Shown here one piece after another: positions 23,201 to 26,548 of a stretch of DNA of 64,000 nucleotides. The number at the start of each line of letters is the position of its first letter. Within the stretch, counting starts at the first letter, position 1. The notes beneath the pieces were generated by a model. That model worked only from the letters and a program-made list of their open reading frames with translations. It searched no databases and was not told the DNA's origin. The position numbers and the translations under genes were made by a program. Source of the DNA: an uncultured Clostridia bacterium. Its GTDB lineage: Bacteria; Bacillota; Clostridia; Christensenellales; UBA1242. The stretch spans positions 130,529 through 194,528 of the forward strand of contig CALWKA010000001.1 of NCBI GenBank assembly GCA_944381155.1. The letters are read 5' to 3'.

Positions 23201-23865
23201 CTACCTATTATTATTACGAAGGCGGTTATATCACTAAAGAATATGGAGAAAAGGGAGAATTAGTAGCATACCAAAAGGTGTATGATTCGTCTAATACTTC
23301 TTCAGGTAAAGAGCAAGTCATTAAGCTTTATGAGGAAGATGGTGAAATTTTGCCAGATTGGTATTCATATTACTATATATTTAAACATTATAACGATTTA
23401 AGTTCATACTATGTTCAAGACATCACTGGACTTAAAGAAGGCACAGATACTGACATCTATAAAGTTAGCAATCAATACATTAAAAAAGACAATAGGTACT
23501 TGTATCAAATGATTTCAGATAAACAGATTTCTGAAGACGGCAAATTAAGTACGATCATGGTGTCATTTCCTAACGCGACTGACGAAAGTTTCAACAAAAA
23601 TAAATATCTGATGCAAGCAGAAATTCAACTCTTTACTAGATATAAATATAACGATATAGAAGACGAAGTTAACACATCTTTGTTCTTTGGAGGATTGTGG
23701 GAATATACGGATGACGAAAACAACAAAGAATATTATTACTTTTATAAAGAAGACAGCAACACGCCGAATCCAGGAATGACCACTTATCTGGTTGAGAGTT
23801 GCAGAGTGATTCTAGGTGGGGCATCCATTAGCGGAGCCTCCGGTGGAGGAATCAATTTAGCATAA
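2257..23865 (+). CDS. giant (7,202 aa) cell-surface lipoprotein-signal protein with Ig-like segments and repeated FDGNG/GLUG-type beta-helix modules, C-proximal TM hairpin
   Basis: Uninterrupted 21,609-nt ORF with an SD, a promoter and a downstream terminator. N-terminus is MKKKIFSILTAVFIFVVCGVFSAC with lipobox Cys24. Module-entry motifs include SAFNGTLTG (about 5701), SFDGNNKVIKI (about 10621), SVDGNGMTISG (about 12121) and LSFTGGGVLNG (about 15703). Each is followed by GLF and dozens of GG(L/I/V)(V/I/A)G turns. Two hydrophobic helices lie at nt 21772-21990. Confidence 0.9.
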   Translation: MKKKIFSILTAVFIFVVCGVFSACGDKYKDMEFKIYYAFSQEAGEWYDATDGIVLNYGGADDEFQIDQNTGVGTLYLKVEIANVKSKHIDEIIVTKRGTSGGVNFSTATVDQNEVFGIDITGNTNSSLRFFETNSGKQVDIDLSIYRSLTGIQVDASIKPAVKVGDAISLTSLKNLYYLPMQNGNTLTNQTGVDYEIVGLGYYSDQIEDGHKKFIQTEDYLYAYNYMSISEDGVLYVYSDYMISNYEYIVRVSAVSKHNPSIYTEFDVYIVEDQEFSPKIYYTDYTDDSSQKDVGSSFTLYDGSEDYSSVNLTINNDELESEYKTAINTIDATAKYEICIYVDNKLVDLSSPEVINGLLVESVNEQNNIIRLTSTTDYYPTNKIKISYELREFDFSGSTAPDYSREIVINKSVLPENISINGELAELNDDLIGEMQGMIYSSNSSSYIGSKLTLLAEPTNANETTDIYIEANENVRITGQIKNQEGDIYTIESGATIFVRVASNVDEDQTITIRTQVSPSIFENQAISERFVVISYTLKKVVTADSIDIYADEDLNIPINNSSLNIDTKNETHAYIKVYYTGTTLETSSISLESDNSAIKFANNSTSILLNDPTVERWVAENDENGKYDLFRVSFLGANTLGQASISVVAGEGSVGVDTRFVANSVYLLQEETIAVESGSADAKEFTDIENGHFNFAVAKNRLIEFELLGIVEGANVFTDLGIVDSNITINTFYDANYSGNNFSIDAVSYNQLDKNKFSLRGETGAKTTVFSIEVTYYAKDITSGIITLANTTVYLDIAVYDPISIIDRTISQDQIVYINEKYDFASTSEITFSSYASNYSAASNSVVFSGAGNTEIIKTDASQLMIDINRDLDDDNAIEIVLVNEDGEEEAISDGTVLKNGSENILSGRLKVKLNGVSDYEDLTLSLTALRFGDESNTSTSVTIEFAQHEPVDGITLSGNSIVQNGIDSYYIYMSFMGVAENGDTSSNFSATPYYESNVATGLRYDDLTYNLYQIVQDENGNIVRDENGRALEDQVTSTRLNITIDSDTHNVTIRALRSLAGGLFRLELASMDSFDSATQSYMTTQSLFVSISDGTPQNKYVITNTKDLININNDLNANYVLRNNIIVDDITEENTEEKTIFPIGGESAFNGTLTGKVQNLNSDNEIVTSRYKITLNVNESVTSGDSVYAGLFARIGENGEISDLDIDVNFDTSSFGSTTTSGELNIGALAGANEGGTIKGVNVTLLGGSKDKINFVAGNISTPINFGGIVGLNTGYIDLTSSNVSADAQIKITTSAIVRHNIGMVAGKNSGEIFGGYLGKESLNSVNYSVIANLSLTNAATNNPTLYLGSIAGYNAGGYIHNLIVGGRISVSDDTSIANVDEIEGFVAGIVGGAENVAGSTVSVQGIETVAVLGLDLSAYNPSMAVAGIVGQSSSSTISDVRVLASKVSFDQGGLTSYGKIYGQGIVAGIVANSNGDKITLASVESFISNTLSASGNVEPFYMLKSDANTVAGLIYTSSSGTTLKNSFISANIDTNAYLISAYQTIILTSNANETNVYFLGRVNNLEQIKDNIFARETSSGYYVVYTDNSILDFNADSVNELDLTAYYVAEEIGKDTLYTIQQFWNEEVVITSENFDSQKEYLYVKTGETYEKVANSATFDDALEYYLLDYTLWQNNRASLYVADKDGYLYSLTDFNFNPNITYYSINNVNIRDYYIKETEEAEEDAGNVHYIKNDNSNININFTYYQISWETPDDGWRNTINGWLGEDTTNWETNSERNFITIYGLNFYFPYLVDDEENIVMIERPTQIQADINTDYIIEINSSYIDRDYPMQGYNITSSTIINYHSDLNNPLNNESYNRYNIVNTASAGEQPNGLVDLNVIPSNAQGGVVFEIVRGSAYAYINSQNQIVFTGVSGANPIIVRCYSLFNDELEEFVAFFTQLGLSDLMLTSNSIYEVQEDDVDFELYTHTGANSTLVSISAENIYQGQAFATILDAGINNYLEVEAISNTSNSILNIVNANSTNGIMLEVIDDEFEGNMRTEMITFTLKLNLTEYFGEEFYPANAGVDQYLDLASTNLRVVIYKTATDIEIEGGDYSVYTNANIDFNVNLYTGYVSGAESGSVGYHNVNNTIMLDESDKDSINLTIDLISGQDELDKLMQNAGVTNIVQLFDFDFYYSLLKANEEVQGYQYTVEMNLKDEFNFRYITSSIEFRLSVYGANNTNILDSISIVFNPTELSTMRIENYTATSVNTITNYTSLIESNTTETSVLSPGGYGGVMMIYLEPSYSNIVSATLTSTSLYVPSLGRSVSIIFEQLVKNEDGRYETVYPNNEQVTGGIKLRLVSSVDDEGNYSYNGIIYIHTQMDKFVGMSGTVEANLSVQTGAGNTFEQTKTLITEYLPGATLYYDGISVNNSTNEYLIQKDTYSNEVNIRIYGYQFNNNPSISFVWKLNDGDLNYTYGKQAVTVASEEDFENRKLSLYFKDEISGNYTKCDENSEYDGTKTYYEDNRNVIIDKGGQSYNILDYLSYRFLNDYSEVEQNQDGSYTMTVLLNIYPDIPAGFEMKASLTLATDESLITSEQENSLIFYPVDYILTDINVANLNNGVMNIAYNRSSAINLSFGTNNPNADLSESIYEKLLTDISVDELASLFTYADTQGNIIKFSDAIELHPEFSVNIINEKLTITGINSLYRTIEFEVHYGYVLENGQYVLKFGTMSSNSLNRTMEFSFVLNIYASTTEENAIPIYSVDDIFDPETGACLLGEDADYILMNNIVLENLEPIDVDIASFDGNNKVIKIRSFAVGVDRTEYGLFANIGTYQDINGDTQTTILKNVIVDYSEFNSSLNLTNNEITDIAFGGLVANNGGLIYNCDVMNLSSTAKVINILLDNNSEVEIVFGGLVANNSGIITNSRVGRLGYTKITADQDSETSVQLGGGALTFVIGDSTHSTESGQGFVGVTAGFVGRNTGTIASSYVANTGITNYSTAPEGTSSNYSMTAGFVGENASTGVISYSYVKALENTISETNPRSTGVEIYSPTNGNVAGFVYLNAGRISNSFANTVLTSTSAYVAGFVYNNQSGAEISESYAACTLNGVFTANDASEQPFVGVSNSDELLSYGVMDNAYYLIDGDNSYIVKTESGKDQAIGLNQENFTNSGSLNGFVFIESNSRIERSQGVWSYYNQNNSYRILPELPNANQVSHSYRYLLRQENSMYIYSNAVSYEPGSANNPNIIRSVEEYNEIMLSGNTSNSLTGYVRFINNIDFASDETAIKTRVNFVLGDVNNETVTSVDGNGMTISGIYLDVGNAQEESIGLFAEIHNAYVKNLNLEFATTAETDGQFSSLSAIYSGGLAGLVDNGVIINITLDGASTTISGQNFAGGLAGIIKGASLIYGIDSNLSVKAVNTDVANYYNYYSEEEFATMRAFGAISYTGSYDSYLTQLSFAGGIAGVFDLDARQYADFNISYINVYGNEMYDKREIDANILADYAGGIAGYAGKETSSLRLKYYVGQNNLIRGQFAVGGIYAVSSGDITASQVTAEEDEQYTYDTTLGKYIIDIENGEETEIDTANAGNLNLLETYGYAGGLIGISINSHIDSCYSKAGFKVGSTIGGLIGVSIASNTVYSYAVPYINVDDTYLTKVGGLIGSAYGVRSGTIDRNQAVNEYINYLTLILGEKNKNTDIQFTFSTILVDVNDISTKNVETDKYVNFDYICADYGQLENGDAGYLTSNNGSAFIYVFAGLVDAYSRVVDEDGLSILKHTNEARSSDEELNLLYDTSEDNVEQVSTFNNIFSSWDTTYWTMDPERYFPLLLNEDPKNYILIETADDFYQMLARPDENFMIVEDIDMSEWCARNNTNFIFDIEFTGILVGQKEDNSIPVLYNLYLSPTNEEDAGLFRATNEATLRNITFEWGPNINEGTASEVYSSVLLGTTVDTFGGVSAQDEGSLFSNLTVRVKSKEVDKTTSLFNSNNGTIAGFGGIVGRATNSNILNCTFSGRVDVTLTSNDGSINFGGLVAEANRESEDEENVNMTIMNSHIGLNDTNIAEDIEITEFNLTINDAINSYIGGAVGYASGAAVTSISVGDVSFNPEYRRIKFNINLANSSANNYFGGMVGGLENSQLSTTNAITEINVSGKEQTSVDIATRSYINAYAGLVGYYRLSGSNPNLNINSSNTSANINVANDTYITNLLISTGVAYAESSSEIEMLIEQSLFTGMINTELAEDSANNLKNVYAGGVFAYASSESSINVSEVMTTSNLIVGSVETIQLYAGSLIGQGNVVKATNFASTGRIVPITGYSEDPTNNHFYIGGFVGQANSVEITNAYSLTSIIADSIEYQALQALNINALFGDITDDNISTEYVYYSSDYALFTEESGAGYNLSAYTLTRTNMWRTDVDNGLNYRAGFWTEIESASGSYYLPYISSLDTQLVNYGILKEDNNTYSYQLNALTPTIVDNGASTNILVSDVEPEDFKYYILSNNLTQLSFTGGGVLNGILIGGESEYTEFGTQTSGEYTGIIPQVGRHSAISNLHIRLSAKEDGYKIGGATSGIIAGLNEGVIFNSSIQGTGITINSTNMGLVSGRNSGLISYSYSSLEIVEANATSLAGITYQNQGMILSCYFTGYINNANVAEDGNITQKFLAASIVVENVEMGGGGEYVSNFIYNTYSAGVIEAVSDQGNSFIAKEIGLMGANNYIDELANVENVTIKNEVGEEEYVILSTIDTAQLMSAEVLDGYDDGKWYYTTYKINFQSYYLIDRDSETFGYNYLYPTLRVDKIIVDDSTEWDSPHNFAYFDNEYLLYTGTGAINMADGGSVVGYEEVLNALASSTDEDVVAGEGAAVDDGAGGDTGAADNALAELVKRDIMRIPHLGLLSAIRSLMINYGEVFPETEIDYEIIQLYYVLIYDIDGTYQEGEEGGLTQIYDWTPVGNANSSESNTFYIGSASAFEGFFVSNKNYDFTTLSLKDACAISNLSDGIFENIQDAYFGYLKLGGGEVNLQETGLLGVNVNAESEIGDATDDVTVDKIQILKNTIINASEYVGGLFGVISAGNISIKDLVTYNGEGVENARPNLTINSAEYAGLIAGKIEGGNIKLGFTPEGLKGLEEIGIEEENDSFYIRYGKNISYAGGLVGYIGNEKESSIDVSAYTQEEKEETGGEPEGEPDNSNNNKIVIFISEGGLQFLGGLVGASLEGNNSEIVIYNGTVKINQIKDDEGVPIGTIENVYSFGGLIATLDNISDNAAITFNNCGLDLGTEGLAISSDIANIDVGNFFGLLAAKVNGGTLNVQNFYFTEGSDASKITYELINAEEEDDHSNEGMGILVGILSGGNIIFDSSSLIMPDLYAVNLYNLGGIVGVYDAGSIGITNESAYQVSLYGTSNVGGAIGYVTGNSGDIKDIVMSSTDEGEAEGSVEAEVGKTEAVEYFDFIHSGMPFASLYINSEGYTDRSNWGGLFGYYDKADFNAEETDDDLGRATEVIEIINGNAIIISEGTTERAITITNVGGVVGKISGNTKAINKLQNSALIGPEEETEVWGLAESNAFIMNAVNPEDDDSKNTVTLNNVGGVIGYISGATDEIAITELNNSGVIQGNQNIGGVIGYISDSEGADEMTISAISNESNMIQGYQNVGGVIGYAGGATITGISNNTTEMVQGYQNVGGLIGYADAELIVSNELDFGETTPVAGELYFKKIEPDEATKEGARAEDTNKETYELYIAKDDETETLYNLTSSSANSGTVSGVLNVGGAFGIFNGELAENIFSEADVYGNANVGGFVGYVFNGDSTLSNNIVALKSEPGSNLIIKGVYLAINFESESEVGKSEIISEMFIPTSVGGFVGTMEDGILRSNSLFNSNVISSQEGDTSGITADDYNNKIISTVSNNMLKINVSTGMDLYQDPEKTFEYYTFKDDDYEIAENVSIVFNSTSSGFGGFAGTMSSYTALADEDDQYLIQSNGFQVNVNAQLGINVGTFYGYYYGGSSTGVEEKVILTPKFLGSDTVNTVAGGYNIGGVIGQYSGSQNLSQFTLSDTNSQGTISLQPIYTGMYVGGLFGVLQSNEVEGLVLDSTKDGVSININLENTYYAGGLVGKLYVTEDASFEGQLTQNVASGSTLIAEKFGALIGLLKVDGRSGGSGYNVTVKGDHGYPFTINTIENSNYEDGESKSGVSLSGESSVDLVAMATYINKDTFNISPSNSSYDKNPTRADSWGWAKEYTMFKTMQRCIPASDNKGAPWDAISVVYDASNITNVGTISNLNLTNTYLYGEEISSSEWKNMMDEAEEKEMWDGEKIVEPSQSDEGYEEKRSFYNSCKVIGKKDGKYLFNPNYICYTIYEEADGIERMYSAIGIAEPYFDMDGNYAIPKVDKELDSMEDFFGWLGSIILGLDPPSSYYPLVLNKGTGYQGLTYIDFNASYPDVNGERQGFWPSASSYRDYFCTIDHFYAYDEDGESREERTDTTYFMFTYFYTNGTLENGVLNTLADSGSMFDVNGLHSSAFEDVMKTKAEGETYPWLKYAQWATVAVTVMVGFFTAGGGSLLLSAGKALLKKIGQTIAKMTVKKFLKGALVVGIGAVIANTFANMIISQSIASQSAETVYYNIKNENLGYIGELYRREIAYEITDDGAILKNQVDAVTSDSKDVNYVFYSKDRPDDYYTNRYFVYIPAGDNYETIYMESIENAELVTSGNFEGAYEFEYLEGTAYAYEYYIYQNGEYYVLMDAMQTSTVPTQMPLPDALRENYDYIYSFGNIYVRGKYEGTDYVYDQNSGEIDNAIVCDEYGNYTINGVKWDTKWGFITATKGLKYTILNDDSVKENKDDTTGMYYIPDDGMGDGRYYYGYGYMKNAYYTAIGDWRIENAVEKIGTFSNRTTSVPTDKDKEGIDYVTRTYIEYGTDDDGNPIVEKQITYYYTISKIEDRDKDDATIENKFENASSLSGTITDLSELPDEVYVKLYPDSFDNPYDESINDEIVSDSQDSYIYQLNADKDVPGVGHATTYYYYEGGYITKEYGEKGELVAYQKVYDSSNTSSGKEQVIKLYEEDGEILPDWYSYYYIFKHYNDLSSYYVQDITGLKEGTDTDIYKVSNQYIKKDNRYLYQMISDKQISEDGKLSTIMVSFPNATDESFNKNKYLMQAEIQLFTRYKYNDIEDEVNTSLFFGGLWEYTDDENNKEYYYFYKEDSNTPNPGMTTYLVESCRVILGGASISGASGGGINLA
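18925..19245 (+). repeat. tandem ~30-aa (about 90 bp) repeats inside the giant gene
   Basis: NNVGGVIGYISGATDEIAITELNNSGVIQGNQNIGGVIGYISDSEG...MIQGYQNVGGVIGYAGG...MVQGYQNVGGLIGYAD. The DNA strings GGCGGAGTGATAGGATATATCAGTG and CAAGGATATCAAAATGTAGGCGGA recur almost verbatim. Confidence 0.85.
21772..21990 (+). other. predicted two-helix membrane hairpin within the giant protein (aa about 6506-6578)
   Basis: AQWATVAVTVMVGFFTAGGGSLLLSAG, then the Lys-rich loop KALLKKIGQTIAKMTVKKFLK, then GALVVGIGAVIANTFANMIISQSIA. The positive loop suggests it faces the cytoplasm. Confidence 0.6.
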
Positions 23866-23895
23866 AAATACGCTAGCATATGCTAGCGTATTTTT
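23864..23895. terminator. bidirectional intrinsic terminator shared by the giant gene and the convergent lipoprotein gene
   Basis: Near-perfect palindrome AAAAATACGCTAGCA TA TGCTAGCGTATTTTT, with A-runs and T-runs on both sides. Confidence 0.85.
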
Positions 23896-23919
23896 CATTA
23901 TTTAGTTTTAAAATCTAAT

Positions 23920-25023
23920 TTATTTTGTCAAATTGCTTTGCATAACATTATCAATGTTTACAACTATGTAGTCAGCTTTATTACCTGGGGAGATAAAATA
24001 TGTCATATCTTCTACGCTATTTACATAAGCATCAAAATCTACAGCCTTTGCATCTCTAGGGCCATTAAATATTGTGCTATCATATCCCTCTGTGCATACA
24101 TCTTGTCCAATAGCAGGGACCATTTCCAAATATCTAATTTCACCTGAACTTACGAAGCCGATTTCTTTTGCAGTATGAGCTCGCACCGCAATATTTATCG
24201 TTTGATTTGAAACGGATGCGTCTAGCCAGTCCATTTCAATATTGTCATGGCCCCAAACATCCATTGTATAAGTGTCTGAATTTTTTAGTAATTTATAAAA
24301 TGAGTCAATCACATCTTGCGTCACTTTGATTGAATGTTCTTCTGCAGGTTCGCGCTGCTTTGACAATTCCTGAATATAAAATCCTGATTGAATTGCTTTT
24401 GATTCATTTAGTATTTCAAATTCTTCATACTCTTTATCAGATACCTCATACATTAAAGTGGTGAAAATGTAGTATGGGTCTGGCGCATTATTAACTGTAA
24501 TTTTCGATGAAACATAAAGATGATTTGGGTCATCATTTTTAATATAAGAAACGATAGAGGAAGTCATACGACTTTCAATTATCTCTTCTGGACCTAATCC
24601 GAATTCTTTTTCTAGATAGCCATAAGGCAAAGCTTTACATTCTGCCAATGCGGCTTCTCCATTTTCGTATTGTTCTAAAAGGTTGACATAGTATGAATCT
24701 TCTTTCACTGCGGTCAAGAGTTCGGAGTAGGTGGAATCGGGCTCAGGATTTATAGGATCTGGGTTGATTGGCGTATTTGGATTGCTTGGATTGAATATAT
24801 TGTTACATCCTGCTAGCCCCGCGGTGCCCAAAGCGAGCGCACCAGCAAGAGCCACTGCTCCTACTTTCTTTTTAAGTCCGCTAGATTTTGTTTTAGTTTT
24901 TTTGCGCTCTTTTGATTTTGAAAGCATACGAGATATTATACCGTTTCTTTCACTAGTTTGAGTTTCTGCTTTTGCAAAAACTTCGGCATTTGACGCATTT
25001 GATGCATTCGTTTTCTTTTCCAT
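23920..25023 (-). CDS. hypothetical lipoprotein with an unusually long charged N-region
   Basis: 367 aa. Strong SD (AAGGAGAAATTATG on the minus strand). The signal KKKVGAVALAGALALGTAGLAGC (lipobox LAGC) is preceded by about 50 polar or basic residues. A Pro/Asn linker (NPSNPNTPINPDPINPEPD) precedes a globular domain. Confidence 0.75.
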   Translation of the reverse strand: MEKKTNASNASNAEVFAKAETQTSERNGIISRMLSKSKERKKTKTKSSGLKKKVGAVALAGALALGTAGLAGCNNIFNPSNPNTPINPDPINPEPDSTYSELLTAVKEDSYYVNLLEQYENGEAALAECKALPYGYLEKEFGLGPEEIIESRMTSSIVSYIKNDDPNHLYVSSKITVNNAPDPYYIFTTLMYEVSDKEYEEFEILNESKAIQSGFYIQELSKQREPAEEHSIKVTQDVIDSFYKLLKNSDTYTMDVWGHDNIEMDWLDASVSNQTINIAVRAHTAKEIGFVSSGEIRYLEMVPAIGQDVCTEGYDSTIFNGPRDAKAVDFDAYVNSVEDMTYFISPGNKADYIVVNIDNVMQSNLTK

Positions 25024-25433
25024 AATTTCTCCTTTTGTTTAGAATAAAATATTCTCCACTCATATTAGCACACATATAGGCATTTGTCAATACAATTTTT
25101 TGTTTTGAACACGCAAGAATTTTTTTAAAATGCTTTTTTAATTTATCGATTTTGTCGAAATAATATGAAGAATATAGAATAAACTTATAAAATAACTCCA
25201 ATAATATAATACTTAATCTATAATAGATAGATAATTTTAATTGAAAGATAATTTTTAAAGCTATCTAATTTTATAGCGCGATTTATTATTTTCATCTTGA
25301 TTATACTAGAAATATAGCAATCAAGTTGATTTATTTTAGCAAATTGCAAACATAAATTAATTATAGTTAGATAGCAAAATGTGCTAAATTGCACGAAAAT
25401 CATTATTGAATTGAAAAAAATTAGCAAAATCTA

Positions 25434-25462
25434 TTGACAATTGTTTTCATTTAGGGTAAAAT
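25434..25462 (+). promoter_or_regulatory. sigma-A promoter of rplJ-rplL
   Basis: TTGACA (25434-25439), 17-nt spacer, TAAAAT (25457-25462). Confidence 0.7.
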
Positions 25463-25469
25463 AAACGCA

Positions 25470-25616
25470 GTTAAATAAAATTCTGTGCCAAAGACCACAA
25501 GTGCGAAAGCGTAAAACATAAGTTGCTTGTGTAGGAGAGAAAAAGAATGTCGATTGTAGTGTTCCTTTTGTCTTGGCAAAAGGAATTTTTATTTAATAGC
25601 ATAAAGGAGGATTAAA
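25470..25616 (+). promoter_or_regulatory. ribosomal protein L10 leader with attenuator hairpin
   Basis: About 150-nt untranslated leader immediately upstream of rplJ. Stem TTCCTTTTG (25562-25570) pairs with CAAAAGGAA (25577-25585) and is followed by TTTTTATTT. This fits the Firmicutes L10(L12)4 autoregulatory attenuation leader. Confidence 0.6.
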
Positions 25617-26102
25617 GTGTCAGCAAATCAAGAAGCTAAAAAAGTTGCGGTAGAAGAGATCAAAAAGTTGATAGAGTCTTCAAAGTCAATCGTTTTGGTG
25701 GACTATCGTGGTATCACAGTTAGTCAAGACACCGCTTTGAGAAAAGAAATGCGCAATAACAATGTTGTTTACAAAGTTATCAAAAACACTCTTTTCAAAA
25801 AGGCTTGTGAAGCATTGGGTATCACTGGGTTCGACGAAGCTTTGAATGGTACTACTGCATTTGCGTTTGGCTTGGATGATGAGACAGTTGCTCCTAGGTT
25901 AGTTAAAAATGCTATGAAAGATTATACTTCATTGTCAGTAAAGGCGGGCTATTATAATGGCAAAGTCATAGACGAAAATGAAGTTAAAGTGCTTGCTAGC
26001 ATCCCTACGAAAGAACAACTTGTTGCACAATTGTTATTTGTCCTCAATGCACCAGTTTCAAGTCTTGCTCGTGCATTTAAAGCTATCGCAGAAAAAAAAT
26101 GA
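25617..26102 (+). CDS. rplJ: 50S ribosomal protein L10
   Basis: 161 aa, GTG start after AAGGAGG, TGA stop. Sequence is typical of L10 (VLVDYRGITVSQDTALRKEMR...). Confidence 0.95.
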   Translation: MSANQEAKKVAVEEIKKLIESSKSIVLVDYRGITVSQDTALRKEMRNNNVVYKVIKNTLFKKACEALGITGFDEALNGTTAFAFGLDDETVAPRLVKNAMKDYTSLSVKAGYYNGKVIDENEVKVLASIPTKEQLVAQLLFVLNAPVSSLARAFKAIAEKK

Positions 26103-26133
26103 TTAAAAGACTAATATAAAAAGGAGATAAATT

Positions 26134-26505
26134 ATGACAACACAAGAAATCGTTGAAGAAATCAAAAAGAAAACCGCCGTTGAACTTAACGAGTTGGTAA
26201 AAGCATTAGAAGAAGAATTTGGTGTCAGCGCAGCTGCTGCTGTTGTGGCAGGTCCAGCTGTTGCAAGTGATGCCGCAGCTCCAGCTGAAGAAAAGACTGA
26301 ATTCAATGTAGTATTGAAGGAAGTAGGCGCAAACAAGATCGCAGTCATCAAAGCAGTTCGTGAAGCTACAGGACTTGGCTTGATGGAAGCTAAAAACCTT
26401 GTTGAAAGTGCTCCAGCTACTGTGAAAGAAAATGTTCCTACTGAAGAAGCAAAGGCATTGGAAACAGCATTGAAAGCTGCAGGCGCTACTGTTGAACTTA
26501 AATAA
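26134..26505 (+). CDS. rplL: 50S ribosomal protein L7/L12
   Basis: 123 aa. Has the Ala-rich hinge and the C-terminal domain [24 protein letters not shown]. Confidence 0.97.
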   Translation: MTTQEIVEEIKKKTAVELNELVKALEEEFGVSAAAAVVAGPAVASDAAAPAEEKTEFNVVLKEVGANKIAVIKAVREATGLGLMEAKNLVESAPATVKENVPTEEAKALETALKAAGATVELK

Positions 26506-26515
26506 TTCTTTATGC

Positions 26516-26548
26516 TAAAAATAGCCCGAAGTGGCTATTTTTTTTATT
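26516..26548 (+). terminator. intrinsic terminator after rplL
   Basis: AAAAATAGCC CGAAGT GGCTATTTTT followed by a T-run. Confidence 0.85.

Noticed and set aside
21991-23865. Giant-protein C-terminal tail as a polymorphic toxin (CDI, LXG or Rhs-like) with a downstream immunity gene
   Set aside because: There is no VENN, LXG or PxxxxDPxGL-type demarcation motif. The tail is long and acidic and follows a TM hairpin. The next gene is convergent, so it is not a co-directional small immunity ORF.
24927-25023. Internal Met33 as the true start of the lipoprotein, giving a conventional short n-region
   Set aside because: The first ATG at 25023 has a near-ideal AAGGAG SD at correct spacing. I saw none before the internal ATG. 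This is kept as an alternative only.
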